From positions 1 through 40,911 of the forward strand of contig JBBRXO010000011.1 of the NCBI GenBank assembly GCA_038248345.1: a stretch of 40,911 bases of DNA. The letters are read 5' to 3'. The translations under genes and the position numbers were made by a program. Each line of letters starts with the position of its first letter. The stretch's first letter is position 1. The stretch is from Armatimonadota bacterium. GTDB lineage: Bacteria > Armatimonadota > Hebobacteria > CAIYQO01. The notes beneath the pieces are model-generated. The model was not told where the DNA came from, searched no databases, and saw only the letters and a list, made by a program, of their open reading frames with translations. Of this stretch, positions 36,044-40,911 are shown in pieces.

Positions 36044-36823
36044 ATGCGGTGGAGTAGCTGGCATAATCATACGGGTGATGAGCGGTTCTCTTATTGTGCG
36101 GATCGTGATATGACGCTAGCTGTCTACCGGAACGCGCTGAAAAATGGCCATTACGCCGCTTTCGCTATCACCGAGCACGCTTTTGCCCTCGCGCTCCCCG
36201 GGGATTGTTGTTGGCCGCACCAGTGGTACTACACCCCCGAGGCGCTGTGGAGCCAGCCAGCGTTCCGCGCGGAGAAGACTGAGCGTTTTCTGCAGCGGAT
36301 CGCGGAAAACCGCGATGGGGAACAACTGTTCTTCGGCATGGAGGCGGAGATCGCCGCCGACGGCTCCTTCACCCTCGATCCACTGCTGCGTCCGCACCTT
36401 GATCTGGTCATCGGCTCCATTCATTTCCTCCCCGGCACTCCCGACCCGGTGGCGGAGTACCTGCACCAACTGGATATGTTGCTGCAGCATGACTTCGACA
36501 TCCTCGGCCACCCCTTCCGCCTGCTGGAAGAGCAGCTAGGTGATACGCGGATACCCGAGGAGGCGCTGGTAGAGACCTTCCGGCGCGCGGCGGCCAGGGG
36601 GGTGGCGGTGGAGATCAACGGGCATTCCACCTGCTGGGGCGATGTGGAGATCCTGCGCCGCTCGGAGGAGTACGGTTACCGTGTGGCCTTCGGGCTGGAT
36701 GCCCACCATATCCACGAGTTGTCGATGTACTCCTATTTTGAAAATGTAGTGCAAAGGAGCGGGGTAGAGCTGCAGAAGCTGAAGTTATTCGCACCTGCTG
36801 GTGTGGTTAATGGTTGTCTGTGA
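36044..36823 (+). CDS. PHP-family phosphoesterase (histidinol-phosphatase/YcdX-like)
   Basis: PHP metal-binding motifs WHNHT, AITEH, GMEAE, DLVIGSIH, DILGHP, VEING, GLDAH. Confidence 0.85.
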   Translation: MRWSSWHNHTGDERFSYCADRDMTLAVYRNALKNGHYAAFAITEHAFALALPGDCCWPHQWYYTPEALWSQPAFRAEKTERFLQRIAENRDGEQLFFGMEAEIAADGSFTLDPLLRPHLDLVIGSIHFLPGTPDPVAEYLHQLDMLLQHDFDILGHPFRLLEEQLGDTRIPEEALVETFRRAAARGVAVEINGHSTCWGDVEILRRSEEYGYRVAFGLDAHHIHELSMYSYFENVVQRSGVELQKLKLFAPAGVVNGCL

Positions 36824-36827
36824 AGAG

Positions 36828-37003
36828 TTCTCGCTGGGATTGAAATCCCGGCATCGGTATTGACACCACGCGCTAAAGCACGTGGCTATAAGATCAAGCA
36901 CCTTGAAGGGCGCTATCATTCAATTCAGAAAAGTCCGCGACGGCGGACGACCGGCGTAGCCCACCAGCCCAGTCGTTCACGGCTGGGCGAACGGGCTGGG
37001 CGT
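36828..37003. repeat. Mosaic REP cluster upstream of purF
   Basis: TTCTCGCTGGGATTGAAATCCCGGC (36828-52); CCACGCGCTAAAGCACGTGG palindrome; 74-bp arm 36882-36955 inverted at 38786-38859; CCCAGTCGTTCACGGCTGGG palindrome. Confidence 0.85.
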
Positions 37004-37033
37004 TAAAAACGTTAAGATTGTATGAGCCCCCCG

Positions 37034-37062
37034 TTGTCAATGTCGGCAAAAGCAAGTAGAAT
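37034..37062 (+). promoter_or_regulatory. sigma70 promoter of purF
   Basis: TTGTCA-17 nt-TAGAAT, 20 nt upstream of ATG 37083. Confidence 0.65.
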
Positions 37063-37082
37063 GAACTGGAAGTAAAACCATT

Positions 37083-38627
37083 ATGAATATACTACCGGAT
37101 TCCACGCAGGCTATTGAGCGCCTTTCCCACTCCGACACCCCGGTGTCGCCGGTAGACCTTACCTACGAGGAAGATGATGATGCCGTACACGACGAATGTG
37201 GTGTGCTGGCAGTATATGCCCCCGATATGGAAGTCGCCCGCCTCGCCTTCTTCGGCCTTTTCGCCCTGCAGCATCGCGGGCAGGAGTCCGCCGGTATTGT
37301 GGCCACCAACGGCAAAGAGTTCTCCATGGTGCGCGAGATGGGGCTGGTATCACAGATATTCGACGAAGCCGCACTCTCCAGCTTGCACGGCTACGCGGCT
37401 ATCGGGCACACCCGCTACTCTACCACCGGCAGCAGCTTACTCTGCAATGCCCAGCCGATTGTGCTGAACACCGAATTTGGCCCCATGGCGCTGGCGCATA
37501 ACGGCAACCTGGTGAATACCGAGGTATTGCGCAAAGAGCTGCAGGCCTACGGAGTGGAATTTGATAGCACTACCGACAGCGAAGTAATGGCACGGCTCAT
37601 CGCCTATGAAACTAAAAATCACCCGTCGCTCCCGGAAGCAATCCGCGCCTCCATGGCGCGGATGCAAGGGGCCTACTCGGTAGTCGTACTCACACTGGAT
37701 TCGATATACGGTTTCCGCGATCCGTGGGGCATCCGCCCGCTCTGCCTGGGACGTATCAATAGCCACCAATTCGTCATCGCCTCCGAGCCGTGCGCGCTGG
37801 ATGTGGTGGGTGCCGTCTTCATGCAGGAGGTGAGCGCCGGTGAACTGGTCACGCTCTCCAATGGGAAAATTAAATTTGAGATGCTGGCGACGGAAACGCA
37901 TCCCTCCATGTGCATGTTCGAGTACATCTACATCGCCCGCCCGGACAGCCACATCTACGGCCGATCGCTGCACCTTTCACGGCGCCGCATGGGGCAGGAG
38001 CTGGCGCGCGAGCATCCAGTGGACGCGGATATCGTCATCAGCGTGCCGGACAGCGGCACCCCGGCGGCCATCGGCTACGCCGAGGCATCACGCATCCCCT
38101 ACGGCGAGGGGCTGATTAAAAACCGTTACATCCATCGAACCTTCATCCAACCCGACCAGCGTCTGCGCGAACTAGGTGTACGTATGAAGCTGAACCCGCT
38201 GCGCGAGGCGTTAAGCGGCAAGCGCGTCATCGTGGTGGAGGATAGCATCGTCCGCGGTACCACCAGCCGCAACATCATCAAGATGGTACGCGAGGCCGGA
38301 GCCGCCGAGGTGCATATGCGCATCAGCTCGCCACCGTACCGCTACCCATGCTTCTACGGTGTGGATACCTGCGAGCGCAAGCAACTGCTGGCCTCACGCA
38401 TCCCGGATGTGCAGGCAATCGGCGAATACCTGGGCGTAGACTCGCTAGGTTACCTCTCCATCGAGGGGCTGATCCGCGCCGTCTCCTTGCCAAAAAATAT
38501 CTTCTGCCTCGCTTGCCTTAACGGCAAATATCCCATTCCCATCCCTACCGATATGAAGCTGTCCAAGTTCACCTGGGAGGAGATATCCGAGGAAGAACAA
38601 CTGGGATTGATGATGCCGAGTGCGTGA
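37083..38627 (+). CDS. purF: Amidophosphoribosyltransferase (Fe-S, propeptide type)
   Basis: DE/CGV Ntn nucleophile, LQHRGQESAG, GHTRYSTTG, HNGNL, VEDSIVRGTT PRPP loop, Fe-S cysteines (CMFE, PCFYG, CLAC). Confidence 0.97.
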   Translation: MNILPDSTQAIERLSHSDTPVSPVDLTYEEDDDAVHDECGVLAVYAPDMEVARLAFFGLFALQHRGQESAGIVATNGKEFSMVREMGLVSQIFDEAALSSLHGYAAIGHTRYSTTGSSLLCNAQPIVLNTEFGPMALAHNGNLVNTEVLRKELQAYGVEFDSTTDSEVMARLIAYETKNHPSLPEAIRASMARMQGAYSVVVLTLDSIYGFRDPWGIRPLCLGRINSHQFVIASEPCALDVVGAVFMQEVSAGELVTLSNGKIKFEMLATETHPSMCMFEYIYIARPDSHIYGRSLHLSRRRMGQELAREHPVDADIVISVPDSGTPAAIGYAEASRIPYGEGLIKNRYIHRTFIQPDQRLRELGVRMKLNPLREALSGKRVIVVEDSIVRGTTSRNIIKMVREAGAAEVHMRISSPPYRYPCFYGVDTCERKQLLASRIPDVQAIGEYLGVDSLGYLSIEGLIRAVSLPKNIFCLACLNGKYPIPIPTDMKLSKFTWEEISEEEQLGLMMPSA

Positions 38628-38633
38628 TGCCTC

Positions 38634-38952
38634 GTAGCATGGGCGTATCCCTGGGAGCGCAGGCGTCCCGCCTGCCCCGATGACGATTTTATGGGTTCTG
38701 CATGATTAATACCAAGGTTATCACAATTTGTCGTTGCCCATATGTTTCTCGCTGGGATTGAAATCCCGGCTGCAGAGCGCTTCGTGCCGTTCGTCCGCCT
38801 TCGCGGACTTTTCTGAATTGAATGATAGCACCCTTCAAGGTGCTTGATCTTATAGCCACCTCCTTTAAGGGGTGGCATCTGGATTTGCACCCTCGTTCTC
38901 ATGGGCGGGACGCCCATGCTACGGGGGCAGGCGGGACGCCTACGGTCCCAGG
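38634..38952. repeat. Nested mosaic REP cluster downstream of purF
   Basis: Half GTAG REP 38634-46; CCTGGGAGCGCAGGCGTCCCGCCTGCCCC 38650-78 inverted at 38924-52; full transposase-flank REP 38746-38809; inverted GTAG REP 38900-22. Confidence 0.85.
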
Positions 38953-38966
38953 ACTTTCGATTTCCC

Positions 38967-38995
38967 TTGACTTAGACCCCCACCAAAGATATAAT
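38967..38995 (+). promoter_or_regulatory. Near-consensus sigma70 promoter
   Basis: TTGACT-17 nt-TATAAT. Confidence 0.8.
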
Positions 38996-39040
38996 AGACC
39001 CCGTATTTGAGGTTAAAACCTCTGAGGAGCGATTCAGCGA

Positions 39041-39238
39041 ATGAGCGAAACTATCAGTGTAGATGTATTGCGTGAGATGAGTCCTGACATGGACAAATTC
39101 CGTGCTTTTGAGCGTGAAATCATCGGTGGCGTACACCGTGAGATCGACAGCCGCAAAGAGAAACTGGTGCAGGGTCGCATGGCACGCGAGAAAAAAGCCA
39201 AGCGCAAACGCCAGCGCGCTGCCGCCGCCATCAGCTAG
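39041..39238 (+). CDS. Small basic protein (65 aa), candidate divergent 30S ribosomal protein bS21
   Basis: Own strong promoter, SD GAGGAG and terminator. The pattern V.V..E...D...R.F.R.....G...EI..R plus a basic C-terminal helix resembles bS21, but the YEKPS motif is missing. Confidence 0.6.
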   Translation: MSETISVDVLREMSPDMDKFRAFEREIIGGVHREIDSRKEKLVQGRMAREKKAKRKRQRAAAAIS

Positions 39239-39266
39239 ATCAGCTTTGGGTGAAGAACACAAAAAC

Positions 39267-39292
39267 GGCAGAGGTTCATATGAGCCTCTGCC
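39267..39292 (+). terminator. Intrinsic terminator after the 65-aa gene
   Basis: GGCAGAGGTTCA-ta-TGAGCCTCTGCC, preceded by an A-tract and followed by ATTTGGCGTTT. Confidence 0.6.
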
Positions 39293-39308
39293 ATTTGGCG
39301 TTTGGTTG

Positions 39309-39346
39309 ACCTAACCCCCCATCCCCTTTCCCAGCGGGGAAGGGGG
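39309..39346 (+). repeat. CCTAACCCCC-type REP
   Basis: ACCTAACCCCCCATCCCCTTTCCC-AGCG-GGGAAGGGGG; related to 1760-1824, including the 5' flank. Confidence 0.7.
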
Positions 39347-39441
39347 TGTCCAAACGAACAATAATGTACTTTCGTACCTGAAGTGGGCTTCACAACCTAG
39401 TTTAATTTATGACCTACTAGGGTTCGATAGCTCTCAAACTG

Positions 39442-39543
39442 CTACTAACATAGCCTCGGGCGAAGCCCGGGGAAGGCTTTATGGATGCATAAACAAATAG
39501 TTTAAACCAGCTCCCCGATTTTCGCCCGGGGCTATGTTAGTAG
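39442..39543. repeat. REP doublet (~32-bp inverted repeat)
   Basis: CTACTAACATAGCCTCGGGCGAAGCCCGGGGA (39442-73) vs revcomp of 39512-43 CTACTAACATAGCCCCGGGCGAAAATCGGGGA. Confidence 0.8.
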
Positions 39544-39785
39544 TTCACTATTTGATTATTACCATTAATACCCCTTTCAATTAGAATACCAACAACTTCT
39601 TTTAGGATAGTTCCGGGATTAGGTCGATCAGAGACTTGAAACTCTTAACAGTTCCTGGCGCACAACATACGCCCACGTTAAATGCAAATGGGACAGATGG
39701 TCTTGCTTTGGAGAACGAGATATTGATGACAAGCAGAGGTAATTGCAAAATACTTTTAGCTAGTGTTTATTGTCCGCAAAGATAT

Positions 39786-39834
39786 CACCGCGAAGCGGTG
39801 GCTGATTTTAGCCCGGTGCGTGAGCGCCGGGTAT
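39786..39834. repeat. Single bipartite REP-like element
   Basis: CACCGCGAAGCGGTG hairpin, spacer, then TAGCCCGGTGCGTGAGCGCCGGG hairpin; same layout as the transposase-flanking REP. Confidence 0.65.
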
Positions 39835-39945
39835 GATGTCGAGATAATCGGGTAGCGGGGAGTAGGGATGATTCGATATCAGATTTTCATCTCCAAATAA
39901 TGAAGCGCACTTCATTACTGATTCCCGCTTATGTCGCACACCACA

Positions 39946-39974
39946 TTGCACCAAACAACCCAATCTACTATACT
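39946..39974 (+). promoter_or_regulatory. sigma70 promoter of the GH78 gene
   Basis: TTGCAC-17 nt-TATACT. Upstream palindrome TAATGAAG-cgca-CTTCATTA (39898-39917) is a candidate operator. Confidence 0.65.
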
Positions 39975-40008
39975 ATTGCGAGATAAACTACTTGCGAGGA
40001 GCCGAATC

Positions 40009-40911
40009 ATGGTTAAGCTCACTTCCCTCACCTGCGAACATCGTAGCGATCCTCTCGGTATCGACATCACCCAGCCGCGGCTGTGTTGGCAACTACTGGC
40101 AGAACGGCGTGGCGCCCGGCAGACGGCTTATCAGCTGCTGGTGAGCAGCACGCCTGATGGGGTGGCCGACCTGTGGGACAGCGGACGGGTGGATTCCTGC
40201 CAGTCGGTGGATGTGGTATACCAGGGGGCCGCGCTGACCTCGCGCCAGCGGTGCTGGTGGCGCGTGCGCGTGTGGGACGAGCTGGGCGAAGTAGTTACGA
40301 GTGAGCCTAACTGGTGGGAGATGGGGCTGCTGACGCGGAGTGACTGGCGCGGCGCGTGGATCGGCGGGCCGTTGGTGGGTGGGCCGGTTACGACCATCCC
40401 CTGCCCCTATCTCCGGCGCGGCTTCACTGTTGCAGGCGAGGTCGCCACCGCGCGGTTATATGTAGCCAGCCTGGGGTTGCATGACTGCACGCTGAACGGC
40501 CAGTCGGTAGGCGAGGATGTGCTCTCCTCTGGCTGGACTGATTTCAATCTCCGCGTGCGCTATCAAGTATATGATATCGCCAATCTGCTGAAATCGGGGG
40601 GGAACGCGCTGGGCGCTATCCTCGGTGACGGCTGGTATTGCGGCCACACCGGCTGGAATCCACGCCAGGAGTACAGCGACCCTGCGCGATTATTAGCACA
40701 ACTGGAGATCAACTATCGCGATGGCCGGCAGGAGATCATCAGCACCGATTCGGCCTGGCGCTGCACTTATGGCCCCCTGCTCGGGTCGGACTTGATGAAT
40801 GGCGAGAGCTACGACGCTCGACTGGAGATGACCGGTTGGGATTCGCCCGACTTTGACGATACACCCTGGTGCCCGGTAAAGACCTTCACCGATACTGGCG
40901 TGGCTCTGGTG
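40009..40911 (+). CDS. Alpha-L-rhamnosidase (GH78), N-terminal part, runs off the window
   Basis: Absent from the ORF track because no stop is in the window. SD GAGGAG; my translation MVKLTSLTCEHRSDPLGIDITQPRLCW...QTAYQLLV...LWDSGRV...WWRVRVWD...WEMGLL...PYLRRGF...LNGQSVGEDVLSSGWTDF...LGDGWY...GESYDARLE is the typical GH78 N-terminus. Confidence 0.92.
   Translation, partial: MVKLTSLTCEHRSDPLGIDITQPRLCWQLLAERRGARQTAYQLLVSSTPDGVADLWDSGRVDSCQSVDVVYQGAALTSRQRCWWRVRVWDELGEVVTSEPNWWEMGLLTRSDWRGAWIGGPLVGGPVTTIPCPYLRRGFTVAGEVATARLYVASLGLHDCTLNGQSVGEDVLSSGWTDFNLRVRYQVYDIANLLKSGGNALGAILGDGWYCGHTGWNPRQEYSDPARLLAQLEINYRDGRQEIISTDSAWRCTYGPLLGSDLMNGESYDARLEMTGWDSPDFDDTPWCPVKTFTDTGVALV

Noticed and set aside
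40131..40856. Short ORFs 40131-40397, 40456-40647 and 40638-40856
   Set aside because: All overlap the GH78 reading frame that starts at 40009.

Overview
Bacterial chromosomal window, probably from an Armatimonadota-like (Terrabacteria) organism; this is inferred from gene style only. The left 70% holds hisS plus a ~28.4 kb minus-strand cluster of five genes (30297->1910) encoding only large signal-peptide proteins, bounded by a near-consensus sigma70 promoter and a perfect 19-bp hairpin. Three of the five (1711, 1088, 1757 aa) have unrelated N-terminal payloads but share a ~430-450 aa C-terminal module ending in an FlgD-Ig-like domain. The other two (~656 and 4122 aa) share an N-terminal CsgG-like domain followed by one hydrophobic helix and beta-rich extensions. 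This looks like an undescribed cell-surface secretion or display system. Its M6 metallopeptidase-like member has lost all zinc ligands, and the 4122-aa protein carries a titin-like 568-aa FN3 super-repeat. The right part is mostly housekeeping: rpsA-coaE, a split glutaminase + nadE pair interrupted by a dead IS200/RAYT-type Y1 transposase, a DPS-like ferritin, a PHP hydrolase, purF, a candidate highly divergent bS21, and the start of a GH78 rhamnosidase that the ORF track missed. Many intergenic gaps contain mosaic or nested REP-like palindromes sharing a (N)TAGC+hairpin grammar. No rRNA, tRNA or CRISPR array was seen. All family assignments come from motif recognition by eye; no searches were run.
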